Below are positions 1 through 11,787 of a stretch of 64,000 nt of DNA, piece by piece (position 1 is the first letter of the stretch; every line of letters begins with the position of its first letter). The notes under the pieces were generated by a model, which saw nothing but the letters and a program-made list of their open reading frames with translations, was not told the origin of the DNA and made no database searches. The DNA lies in contig CM060734.1 in the NCBI GenBank assembly GCA_030704615.1, positions 11,470,001-11,534,000 on the forward strand. The letters are read 5' to 3'. The position numbers were made by a program, and so were the translations under genes. Source of the stretch: Takakia lepidozioides. Taxonomy: Eukaryota; Plantae; Bryophyta.

Positions 1-59
1 TGAAAACTGCACGGTCCCACCGGATTGCGTTCCGGCGGGATAACAAACTTCCAGTTTGC

Positions 60-245
60 GATTTCGCGGCCAAAACAACACATGTGATGAAGGGCCGTGT
101 TTTGAAGGCTTCGTCCATGCTATTTCGGCGCCAAAATTCCCAAGTGGAATGTGAGAAAAGGCCATGTTTTGAAGGCGCTGACCGTGCTATTTCGGCATCG
201 GATTTCCCAAGTGAAATGTGATTAAGGGCCGTGTTTTGAAAGCTT
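60..245. repeat. ~67-bp tandem repeat, about 2.7 copies
   Basis: GTGA...GGCCRTGTTTTGAA recurs at ~84, ~151 and ~218. One unit contains TTTCGGCGCCAAAATTCC. Confidence 0.75.
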
Positions 246-778
246 CAAGTGCACCATTCTCTGCTGTGCATATATTGCATTGTATTAGTATAGTATTACA
301 TTGAAGTTTGCGGAAGATATGTTGGGAATTTGACATGCAGAGTCTGAACACAATGATTTCCAAAATCGTCATTTTTATTCATTAAGTGATTAAGAACTGT
401 ACAACAGAAGGATCGAAATGAGACTGTACTATGGCGAGGATCTGCGATCACTGTCCAATGCATCCCCGGCCTCATGCAAGGATGGTTGCCCTTCACCTGC
501 CTCCGAACCTTCGCTACTGCTACCGCTTGGTTTTGTAGCATGGTCTCTTGCTGTAGGGGCGCCGCCAAAGTCGACACCTGATGTTCTTCCTGCACCCTTA
601 CATCTTGAGAGAGAGACCATATGTTAGAAGATCCCTGGGCTATCTGAGCCACAGGATTGGAGAATGTTCCTCAGGACGATTGCTCGGTAGCTGCATTGCC
701 TCTGGAATATGATGGGCCTACATGATCTGATCTAGGCCGTTGCGCAATTTGTGTTGGCGTAGCGAAATGCCTGCTAGG

Positions 779-1220
779 CTACAGTGGTACAGAAGTTGGT
801 TGAACAGTCGTACACTGATCTGAAAAAAGAACCCATTGCCTATCTAGATTTCTCTCCACTTGTTGTTGAGTGGCAGGTGTGGGTCGGTCCACTTGCCTAC
901 GGGGACATTTGTCAAATGAGTGACCTTGTTTATCACAATGGCGACATACAATGGTTTTCCAACATTCTTCTATTCGGTGGGTCGTTCTCCGCGTCTCGAT
1001 AGTCGACATAGTTGATGATCTGTTGACCGATGGAACTCATGCGATCAGTTATAGTCTCGACCGTCTTCATGAGATGTGTCACATGTGCTTCTAGATGGCC
1101 CACCAGCAAATCGGATTGTCCGGTTGAATCTGCATGTGAGTTGATGGGAACTGCACGAGCATACTGTGGTACTGAAGGGGCCGCAACTGGTCCTGTAGCC
1201 ATTGCTGGCCTAGTTATCAT
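779..1220 (-). pseudogene. Degraded retroelement gag-like fragment with CCHC zinc knuckle
   Basis: ORF 779..1009 contains CRHCDKQGHSFDKC (CX2CX4HX4C). It overlaps ORF 933..1220 in another frame, implying a frameshift. It is interrupted at ~1221 by an unrelated element end. Confidence 0.5.
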
Positions 1221-1221
1221 T

Positions 1222-2537
1222 CCTGACGTGACGTGGCCCGGACACGTCAGACGTCACGTTGGACGTGCGTCACGTCGAATCCGGACGTTTATCCATGTAA
1301 TTTTTTTAATATTTGACTTTTACAATTTATTTCTACCCTTTGTAATGACATGGCAGCCACGGTGTAAAACAGACGTGGCCAATTATTAAAATTTATTAAT
1401 TCATTTAAAAAAATACGTCCGCCCATATTAGCGGTCGCTTAAAAGTTATTATTTTTTTAAATCAAGCGACCACCCATATTGGCGGTCGCTTGTAATTTAA
1501 TATTTTGTTAAATTAAGTGACCGCCTATATTGGCGGTTGTCGGCAATTTATGAAGTTTAAAATGAAGCGACAACCCATATTGGCGATCGCTTGAAAATTA
1601 CTATTTAAAAAAATTAAGCGACCATCCAGATTGGCAATCGCTTGTAGTTTTAAAAATATTTTAAAAAATACAACGACCGCCATTTGCCGGCCGTCGCATA
1701 TTTTTATTTTTATTCTAAAATTAATGTGACCGCCGTTTGGCGGTCGCTTCTTTAATTGTTTTTAAAAAAAAAGCAGCGACCGCCAAACGGCGGTCGCTCG
1801 TTTTGTTTTTTTAAATTTAGCGGTTGCCATTTAGCAGCAGTGGCTCTTTTGTTAAAAACATTTAAATGAAGCGACTGCAACTACGGCAGTCGCTCTTTTT
1901 AAACAAATATATATGAAGCAACCGCCAATACGGCGGTCGTTTTTTTTATTTTTATTTTTAAATGAAGCGACCGCCACTACGGTGGTCGCTCATTTTCATT
2001 TATTTATTTTAAAAATGAAGCGACCACCATATGGGGGTCGCTCTTTTTCGCTTTTTAAAAAACTGAAGCGACCGCCAATACGGCGGTCGCTCCTTTAATT
2101 TATTTTAATTTTTTAAATAAAAATAAATAGTTAAATTTTAAATAAGTTTTTTTTTATTAAACAAATGATGTGACTGCCGTACGGCGGTTGCTTTTCTTCG
2201 CTTCTTAAGAAAGTGAAGCGACCGCCAATACAGCCGTCACTCTTTTATTTATTTTTTAAAATATCAATTATAAATTAAAAAAATTAAGTTTTTTATTTCT
2301 TAAAAAAATGAAGCGACCGCCCAATGGCGGTCGCTCTTTTTCGCTTTTTAAAAAACTGAAGCGACCGCCAATACGACGGTCGCTCCTATAGTTTTTTTTA
2401 TAAAAAAAAAACATTCTTAATATTTTAAAAAATGAAGTTTTTTAAAGAAAAAAATGAAGCGACCGCCCCATGGCAGTCGCTCTTTTTCGATTTTTTTAAA
2501 AACTGAAGGGACCGCCATTACGGTGGTCGCTCCTTTA

Positions 2538-2584
<47 letters not shown>

Positions 2585-3045
2585 AAAAATTATTATAATA
2601 AATTAATTTATTTATTTTTAAAAAAATACAAAAAAACTGAAGCGACCGCCATAGGGCGGTTGCTCTTCTTCGCTTTTTAAGAAACTGAAGCGACCGCCAA
2701 TTTGGCGGTAGCGCGTTTATTTTATTTTTTTTTCAATTTTTTTAATTTATATTTAGAAAAAAAAAAATGAAGTGACCGCCCTATGGCTGTCTCTCTTTTT
2801 TGTTTTAAAAAAAAATGAAGCGACCGCCACTACGGCGGTCGCTCTGTTAAGTTTTTTCTAAAAAGTGAAGCGACCCCCTTATGGCGGTAGTTTTTTTTTG
2901 TTTTTTGTTCTTTTAGGTATTTGTTTTAAATGAAACGACCACCATATGGTGGTCGCTCTTTTTGGTATTTATAAAAGATGATGCGACCGCCTAATGGCGA
3001 TCGCTCTTTTTTGTTTTAAAAAAAATGAAACGACCGCCTATACGA
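1222..3045. repeat. Probable DNA-transposon terminal region: ACGT-rich end followed by an array of palindromic AAGCGACCGCC-N3-5-GGCGGTCGCT units in A/T-rich spacers
   Basis: Roughly 30 copies of the palindrome between ~1415 and ~3045. The 1222-1290 segment is rich in GACGTG/CACGTC, like the ends of element A. There is a poly-T run at ~2540-2580. Confidence 0.8.
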
Positions 3046-5308
3046 CAACGACACGTTTAGTTCCGAAAATTTTGCTACTTATGAACAGGAAGCGGCTTCC
3101 ACCACGTGATGCTCCAGCCCGGTTTGTATTGGATATCCTTGTCAAACACTGCCAAAGTGTCTTGCCACCTAAGTTGTTTTGGGACAGCTTAGGCTGTGTG
3201 GCAAAATACTTCACCGTAACATTGTCCGTGAACACCTTCACCGGGTTGGAACCAACATAGTGGCGCCAAAGCTCAAGGCAATGCACCATCGCCTTCATTT
3301 CTTTCTCGTGCGTAGGCCACCGTCGCTCCATTTCATTCAGTTTCTTACTTTCGTAAGCCACTGGACGTCCATCCTGCATGAGTATACCCCCAATTGCGAA
3401 GTCCGACGCATCTCAAATGGATGGTCGAACTCCGGGATTTTGAGGACTGGAGCTTCCGCCATCCGCTGCTTCAACTCGGCAAAAGCTTGGCCACAAAAGG
3501 TGTTCCATACCCATACCTTGGACTTACACAGAAGGTCCGACAGCGGCCCCGCGATCTTGGCAAAATTCCTCACATACTTTCGGTAATAGGATGCGAGTCC
3601 TAGGAAGGATCGTACTCCCGGGACCGAAGTCGGAGGCTCCCAGTCCAAGATCGCCCTCACATTTCTGTCATCCATTTTGATCCCATCCTGTGTAATCACA
3701 TGTCCTAGGAACTCCACTTTTGTGACCCCGAATTCGCACTTTGAGGCTTTGGCATACAGCTTCCCTTCCCACAATTTCTGGAACACCCTTTTGAGGTGCT
3801 CCAGATGCTTTTCCTTTGTTTTCGAGTACACCAAGATGTCGTCGATGTGCATGATCACAAAGTCATCCAACCACTCCTGGAAAAGGCTGTTCATTAGCGT
3901 GCTAAAGGTCGCGGGTGTGTTGGTGAGCCCAAAAGGCATCACCAAGAACTCATATGAACCATATCTTGTCCTGCACACGGTCTTCTCATCATCTCCTTCC
4001 GCCACTCGGATTTGATGATAGCCAGAGCGCAAATTGATCCGGCTGAAATACTTCGCTCCTACCAACCGATCAAAAGAGGTCGTCGATCCTTGGCAAAGGG
4101 TACCGGTTTTTGATAGTCAACTTATTCAGAGCCCTGTAATCGACACACATCCGCAGCGTCCCATCCTTCTTGTCTGCGAATAGCACCGGGGCTCCGTAAG
4201 GTGACTTACTCGGTCGGATGTACCCCTTTGACATTAGATCCTTGAGCTGAGCCTTCAGCTCGACCAACTCTCTGTGGCTCAACCGGTAGGGCGCCTTGGC
4301 AGGCGGCTCCGATCCCGGTATCACCTCAATCTTGTGGTCAACTCCTCTTCGTGGTGGCAAACCGCTTGGTAAATCCTCCGGCATCACATCCTGGTATTTC
4401 TCCAAGATCCCCTTGATCCAATCTGGGCTCGGCTCCCTATCGACTTCTCCTTCCACTTGTCTTACGTAAAGCAAAAACTGGGGCTCGTGTGGCTCTTCCA
4501 CGGCCCACTCCTTTGCTGACAGCAGGTTTATTCGCCCTCCCACTTGGTTGGGCGTTTCCGACACCCGTACCACTTCACCACCATTCCCACACGGTACCGT
4601 GACTATTCTCTTGTGGCCATCTATGACCGCTCCGGATTTGCTCAAAAAGGTCATCCCCAAAATGAGATCCACTCCATCGATCTCGCAAATGGTGAAGTTC
4701 TCACGTCCCTCCCCAACTCCCGAGCTGAAGAGGAACATCAAACACCAACCTCGTCGCCGATTGTGGTTCTCCTTTGGCCGAACGCACTTCAATGGAGGCC
4801 CCCACATCACTTGTCGAGTCCCAGCTTCCGTGCCGTTGCCGGTGTCATGAAGGAGTGCGACGCTCCTGTGTCCACCAACAACGACACGTTAGTTCCGGAA
4901 ATTATCCCACTCACGAACATTAACTGACTCCCTTTACGCAGGGCACCAGTCTCCTGATACAACTCACAAGAGTAGTTGCCTACCTTGCACGTCTTGGCGA
5001 CCACCGCTTCCACCAAACGGCTGATGGAATCTTCGGACAGCTCCGTGGCCGCCCGAGTCATGTTCAATTGACGGGGCTTCGCGCACTTCTTAGCCATGTG
5101 CCCGGGCTCCCCGCAATTAAAGCACACCCCATCAAAGGTCGCCTTTTGTCCACCATAAGCCGTCGCACCTGATTTTCCTTTCGGAGCATCGGGTGCCGCC
5201 TTGACGTGTGAAGGCCCTCCCTTCAATTTCCATGTGTCATTGTCGCCGCGTGGCCTATCCCACTTCTTTTCTGGTTGGAAGGAGTCACCCGCCCGTCAGG
5301 GATGCCTC
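3046..5308 (-). pseudogene. Ty3/gypsy gag-end and pol (zinc knuckle, protease, RT, RNase H); frameshifted, integrase and 3' LTR missing
   Basis: CFNCGEPGHMAKKC; [11 protein letters not shown] (protease); SPYGAPVLF...[12 protein letters not shown]...[10 protein letters not shown]; MPFGLTN; HIDDILVYS; AYESKKL...EKEM...FTDN; FDKDIQYKPG. Domain order PR-RT-RH. Confidence 0.95.
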
Positions 5309-6378
5309 GGCGTGAGCCTGGTCACGTGAGTGCGTGAGCGCAACTGCGCTCACGCCACGTCACCTTGCGCAAATGCCACGTCACGGGGCTCACTCCACGT
5401 CATCACACGTGAAGGCCGCGTCACCACGCGCCCAGAAAGAAGTGGAGTGTATTCCCGCGGATTGGCACCTTTTACCGCGGAAACAAGCTGGACGACATAA
5501 TAAAAGGCATTGAATAAAGGATGGATGAATGTACAGTTGGATGATAAACAGATGGATGAGTGTGAAAAATGAATGTAGATGGATGAATGAGGGATGGATA
5601 AGAGTAAAATGGATGAATGTATAATGGATGTTGAGCAATGACAAAAATTCATGACAGGAAGATGCATGACCAAATCTTTTGACGAATGCACAACGTATAT
5701 GAAATGAGTGTGGAAGGTTTGTGGGGTGGATTAAAGAGTACAGAGGATGAATGTACAATGGATGTTGTACAAGGGAAAAAATTCATGAATGGAGTACGCA
5801 TGAATACAGTGTAGATGAATGCACAATGGATATGAGAAGAATCAGGGAGGTTTGTGAGATGGATTCATACATATTGCAATTTAAACGAAAGTTGATTCTG
5901 TGATTATTATTTGTTCTAAAGGAACAACTACGGTGGAGGAAGGGGATTCAACGTTTTCCAGATAATATGAAAATGAATATTAAAAGAATACAGTTCAGTC
6001 TGACTCAGAGTCAGTACAATGTATCCCCGCTTCCTCTGCATCTAAGTCTAAGTATTTTAGAACACCGGATCCACGCTGGATACACCTACGGCTGGCCACT
6101 AAAAAGTCAGGGGATAGGGACTCGGCCGCGTGAAGTGCCATTGCTTCGGCATAAACAGGAAGCAGAAAATTGGAAAGGGGGCTGTCGAAAACAGACTCGC
6201 CAAAAATGACTGTATCTCCTGAAGATCCATCGCTGCCTTTCCTGAAAGACAGCCTGAAAAAGTTATTACTGTAACTTTGATGTTATCGAGAAATTGAGTA
6301 TGACTCCCAAAGAGGGTTTAGCACTTACTCACATGAAAAGTCGTTGTCGACCTGCTTATCTTCGGGATCGTCATCATT

Positions 6379-7433
6379 TCAAATTTGAATCCGATCAGTC
6401 TGTGTGTCTGAAGTGGAGCCAGACAAAAGGGGGAGGAGCACTGTGTTGTAGAGGTCAGAATCACCCTCCATGCCAAAAAGGCTTCTTCCGCCTGCCTTGC
6501 ATGCATGGTAAGTTGCTCCTGCACCAGACAGGAGAACATGAACAGTTTGGAGGGGGGGATTTAAGCAGATGAAACTGTTGAAAGGAAACCAATTCGGAAG
6601 GGAAAAAACAACCTGTGGACACAGAAAGATCGACCACCCGTGCAGAGCGGTGGCTGCATGACTCCAGCAGTATTTGCATGAACGCTGGTGACTTTTCCTT
6701 TGCACCTCTCCAGGGAGTGCCATCTGGTCTCTTCAGAGTCTGACTGGACTGCATGAAGTTGTACAAAATGTCATCGACATGGGGCTCATAGGGGGGGTTG
6801 ACGAAACAACCCTGGTCAGAAATCTCAAAGCTGCGGATGGAGGATGGTGTCTTTGAGGTGCGAATCCTCCGCAGGCAGATCGCCTCGAACATCCTCGTCT
6901 GCCAAAGATAGCAGGTTAGTGTGGTAAACACAATCTATAGTGGAAGTGTGTACATCGGCTATTCAGAACTCAGACACCAAAAAATCATGAATCGGTGATG
7001 ATCGGTGTCGATCATAACACATTCTACTAGAGTGGAGCTGCAGAGAAAATTGAAACTCATGATCAAAGCACAAGCAGAAGGGAGACGGCATACCAGCTGA
7101 CCAGGGAAACCCCCTTTCACAAGGTAGAGGCTGTTCACACAATTCCATGTGCGCAAAACTTCAAACCCTGAAGACTTGAGGTATGATGCCAATGCCCGAC
7201 GACTATCATTGTCACATGACTGAAAAAGCAGAAGTGTCCCTGCATCAGAGAGGAAGTTGTTACAGAACCCGAACACCCAACTCCAGTAGTTGTCCTCGAA
7301 TTTGTTCCAGCCTGGCGTCTTGCCCTTTGGAAGAACTTCTGGCACAGCCTGGCCATCCGGGATGTCGAGAATGACAATGTCGGCCGCATAAGTTTTCTGC
7401 ACACCGCACACGAAGGTGGGACCTGTGCTCACC
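6379..7433 (-). other. Amino-methyltransferase (N6_N4_Mtase-like, beta order) domain over three exons
   Basis: ADIVILDIPDG (motif IV position); W..F...YW......NFLSDAGTLLLF (motifs V/VI); KEKSPAFMQILLESCS (motif X); RVVDLSVSTG|ATYHACKAGGRSLFGMEGDSDLY (motifs I/II). Confidence 0.75.
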
Positions 7434-10400
7434 TGCAACAGACATGTTTTTTATAAGAACGATGGCAAGATTGTTTTCAAAGAACGAGACTGAAATACTG
7501 CCAACGAAACTTTCAGAGAAAAAGGAAAGAAACTGGAATTCTCACCAGATTGAGGAATGAGATTATATTGTCCCAGGTAGGGGATGGCACCCCAGTGTAT
7601 CCTCTCTTTCGACTCTGCATCATCGAAAGCCAACCCTCATTAACAATTTTCATCTCTCCTGCTGAATCAGAACGGGAAGGGTGTGGCTTGGCATCGAACA
7701 CGCACTGAAGAGTGCGGGTATATCTTCCAGCAGTAAAGTCCTGCCCACTCTCCATCTCCTTTTCATTCTCCTTCCCCTTGTCCTTTTCCTTCTCTTTGGA
7801 CTTGTCTTTGTCCTTTGGCTTTGCTGGTGAGATGGCTATGACATCAACAGCCTTGTCTTTTGGTTTGCGGCCCGCCTTCTTTCCCTTCTGCGGCGTTCCC
7901 TGAGCATCAGGCTCCTTGGCAGCCAATGTTGCTATGTTTCGTTGATACTCTTCGTCAGTCAAAGGCGCCAGCATCTCAGCGTTATTGTTCAAGTATTTCA
8001 TATGCTGTTCTTGAAAGGTCGTGTGCTCAGGTGGGCAGTCAAGGTACCACCCACAGTCTCTGAAGTGAGAAGGACTCCAGTCCTTCAATATCCCTGCAGT
8101 ATACATGGTTGGATCGTTTGCAGGGTCCGACCACATGTCAAGATAGTCGGGAATTCCGCTCAGGTGATTTCCTTCCATAAGCACATATTTCGTGTACCTG
8201 AAAAAAGGAGATAAATCCCAACCCACAAAAGCGCTCAGTGAGTAAGATGCAAGTAGAACAGAATGAAAAAAACATAGATTGAAATGGCTCTGAGAACTGC
8301 TCCAAGGACCTTTCAGGACCACACTACTGCTCCAGATATGAATGTCGTCAACGCCATTCAGAACATTCCATTCAATGATACTATAAATACATCCTAATCC
8401 AGGTGAATGCAAATTATTGTTTAGGAATGACACAGACATAGAAGTGAATGTCGTCAACGACATTCACTAATGAAGCCAAATTATTACTTAAATGAAGCAA
8501 AATCACAGGATGGAAATCAAAAAATCGAGTAAGGAACCCTCCAGGAAAACTCAATGCACATTCATAACGAACATATCACCGAGGACCTCACAACATCACT
8601 GTATGTGAATGGTGTCAACGCCATTCAGAAAAATACCAAAAAGAAACCAATTACTTAGCTCCCAATCCATGTAAATTCAATTTGTCGCTGTTGAATAATA
8701 CAGACACAGCAGTGAATGTCGTCAACGACATTCACTTTGGATTTCTCATAACAGAGCTTATCAAGCCTCCAGATTCCTCGCAAGAGGCAAAAACAATGCA
8801 GAACAACTGAATGTCTGCATTGACATTCAGCAAAATGAAGTGAGGAACCCTCACTGTAACCTCTATGGACATTACAAAAATTTACATAACTCCGAGGACC
8901 TCTCAACAACTCCGTATGTGAATGTCGTCAACGCCATTCAAGGACATTATCAATTCTAATCAGGGACAATATAATTGCACCCTTAGATCCTAACCAGGTG
9001 AATTCATATACTCGCTTAAGAATGACTCAGACAAAGAAGTGAATGTCGTCAACGACATTCAATCTGGATCTAAGATTGCAATCCATATGAAGCCACATTT
9101 TTTCCCAAAAAAAACAGTAGAGTTTCAAGTATGACATTGCACCTGTACACAACTTGCATCATGGCCCACTCTCCTCCAACCTGACTGTCAAAGTCGTTGG
9201 ACCGTAAAATGTTACCATCTTTGGAGAACTCCCGGAAAAAACAGTATCTCCAGGTGAGACCTCTCCACTTCCTTATGTATGTCTCCAATGACATTTGGGG
9301 AGGGGAAACAATCAAAATGTTCAGGTCCTTCAAAGTCTGATCCAGCACAATGATGGCGCGCTTTTCGAGCTGCAAATAGTATATTTGTCAGAATTGCAAA
9401 TAAGATACTCATCACATACTTGAAGAGAAGAAAACAACATGTTTGAATACACACCTGACTCCAAAATGTAGCCTTGTGGAACCAGTTATCAAACACCAAA
9501 TCACTGATTCCTTCCACCTTTGTGCCAGGCTGTATGGTGCTCTTTGGGAACTGATTCAAGTCCTTTACTGTTTGATCTGAGTTCCATATCTCCAGCCACC
9601 TTATTTTTGTTTGTGGGTTGACCATCGATATGGCCAGCCGGTGCAGTTTCTCCTGCTGCATCTCCGGATGCACATGCTTGTCATAGTGTGTTTTGATCTG
9701 CTGAAGGAACTCAGGACCAAGTCCAGGATCTACTATTCTAAGCTGCTTTCCGAAGGCGGACATCAATTTGGTTCTTCGCATTTCAAACTCCTTCTTTATT
9801 GCAGCTTCCACACCCTTTGATGTCCTTAGTTCTTCTGGTGTAGTGCGGTAATATTCGGATTTTCCTTTCTCAGCTGCCTCTGCCAGTTCTTGCTGCATTG
9901 ATTCAAGTAGTGATTAGCTCCGAAGGGACTACAAACATGTATTCGAAAAGTAAACAGAGTACAGACTCGGGCTTACCGCATACATGTACTCCAGAAACGC
10001 CTCTCGTGTCAAAGAATACCAAGTGCCTGCAGCTCTTCCTGTTTCGCACTTCTTGATGATATTGGGTGGTAGTACTGTCCGAAAATCATCCAGCTTCATC
10101 AGACCAATCCTCTGAATTCGGAATAGTGTGTGAACCAAGCTTGTTGTCACATGCGATTTCTCTGTCGATCTGCAAAAACATTGGAAACATTGCATTCCTT
10201 AACACTGCTTTTTGAGGATTAATAAGACACTACAGACGGAATGAAATCTCCTGGATGACTTACTTGTTCACGTCGTGCATAGCTGTAAGAAGCCTAGCGA
10301 TGTCGTTTCTAGGATCCAAAACCATTGCCTCCACAGCAACATGCTTGTCTTTGTCTTTCGAATGGTGTTTCTGAATGTATCCCATCCATGCCAGCAATCG

Positions 10401-11787
10401 GTGGTTGCCGTCCCAGACGTAGAACATGTGGTTGCAGAATTGCTGGGTGTTCTTTCCCATCATGAGGCCCAGCTCGAACTCCTCATTGGCATCTTTCCAG
10501 CACTCATCCCAGTTATCACTGATCTCTGGAGACACTAATGTGCTTTTCCCATTTATATCCGTCAGTGACACATAAAAAACTTGTGCACCAAGTCTATATC
10601 CATGCACAAAATCACTCTCCAATTTTGTTATGTCATGGGAAAGAGGTGGACGCACAACAGGCATTGATATCATCCGGCACAGAGGTATGTCCAGACGCCC
10701 TCCAGATACGAGCATGTCCCTTATAACCTCCTGAGAGTTTACCTTCTGGAATGACATGAGTTCTTTCACCTTGTCAAGGTAGTGCACTTCGGATTCATCT
10801 GCTTCATCTGTATTCTCTGAGCTTTTTGCGGACTCGTCCCCATCTCCAGATCCTTTCCCCTCTGATCCTGTAGGCTTCGACCTCACAGTTTTCTGCACGA
10901 TGCCATTCAGTTCTGACTGAGTGATTTGCAAATAGTGAATGGCGGTAACGACCATCACTCTGTCTCAAGGAAACTCACCATGAATGGTGTGAAAGAATTC
11001 AGCACAATCTACACAAGCAAAGCTGAGACTGCCGTATTCAAAACAAAAGCGAAGCGATAGCGAACGGCGTTAACGACAATCACAAAAGATAACGACCTGC
11101 CGGATCGGTGTTGTGTAATGACATACATGTGCAACTGATTGGCGGCAACGACATTCAGTGTAGTTTAGGGCGGATAGTAAGTGCAGACTCTCTCTTCAAA
11201 CACATAGGTACATAAATCTCATGAGGAGAATCGAATGGCGTTAACGACGCTCGCAATTCAGTAGTTCCTGCTAAAGAAGGGAAGATGAAGGACTCCTTGA
11301 AAGGCAATCAGACAGACTATATCTGAACACCAGTGAATGACTGTACCGATAGTCACCAACTCATTGTGCTGTAAACCCTTCGCAGAGAAGTAGAAAGCAA
11401 ATGGTCGGTAGCGACAATCCCTGTCTGGGACATTCCACTCAATCTCTACGCATATCTTCAACAATGAAATGTAAGTTAGATAAAACTTACTGGCACCTTC
11501 TTAGGTTTTGAAATTTGATCCCCTTCTGCAGCTTTCCTCTTCCCTCTCACATCTGCTGGAATTTCTGTCTGCGCTAGGGTTTCTTGACCTTCTCCCGGTT
11601 CGGCGTTCCGCGTGCTTCCACCTCCTTCAGTGTCCCTGCGAATCATCTCTGCCTCCACAGGCTGGCGCACTCTTATCGCCGACTGTGTCACAGCCGCTGC
11701 CTCAGTCTCCGTCTGCTCTTGTGAATCAGTCTCCGCGTTCACCTGCTGCCTTGGCCCTGTGTTCTCCAACAAACGACGCCTCGTCAT
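6379..11787 (-). CDS. Multi-exon ParB/Srx-domain protein with C-terminal N6A/N4C (beta-class) DNA methyltransferase-like domain (element A); intactness not established
   Basis: Exon segments: 11787-11491 (low-complexity N-terminus); ~10914-10264 (ParB-like, IPLCRM..VVRP...FYVWDGNHRLLAW); 10169-9977; ~9898-9455; ~9370-9143; 8197-~7545; 7433-7094; 6898-6613; 6518-6379. GT-AG boundaries are visible. Exon-by-exon homology to 36758-42610. Confidence 0.8.
8198..9142 (-). repeat. Intron of the ParB-MTase gene A with an array of the palindrome GAATGTCGT-CA-ACGACATTC
   Basis: Copies start at 8340, 8446, 8607, 8714, 8920 and 9041. More degenerate copies lie at ~10937, 11062, 11137, 11232 and 11400 in the upstream intron region. 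Confidence 0.85.
10264..10914 (-). other. ParB/sulfiredoxin N-terminal-like domain exon
   Basis: MFYVWDGNHRLLAW matches the ParB/Srx signature (hydrophobic-DGxHR-L-x-A). It is preceded by IPLCRMISMPVVRP..DITKLESDF..GY, which matches the ParBc N-terminal pattern. Confidence 0.8.

Noticed and set aside
1415-3045. CRISPR array (palindromic repeats with spacers)
   Set aside because: Spacers are variable-length, low-complexity A/T tracts that resemble each other. The repeats are degenerate, there are no cas genes, and the context is eukaryotic.
1222-5300. CCTGACG (1222) and CGTCAGG (5294-5300) as a TIR pair
   Set aside because: Only 7 bp match, and the right-hand copy lies within continuous gypsy gag coding sequence.
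5350-5870. His/Ile/Ser-rich ORFs 5350..5691 and 5390..5758
   Set aside because: They translate low-complexity GGATGAAT-type subterminal repeats.
8198-8463. N-terminal 89 aa of ORF 7513..8463 as coding
   Set aside because: It lies in the palindrome-bearing intron. Homology with B begins only after the AG acceptor at 8198.
6379-11787. Bacterial or phage contamination, or a true ParABS partition locus
   Set aside because: The gene has many spliceosomal introns with positions conserved in B, sits inside plant retroelements, and has no parA or canonical parS consensus nearby.
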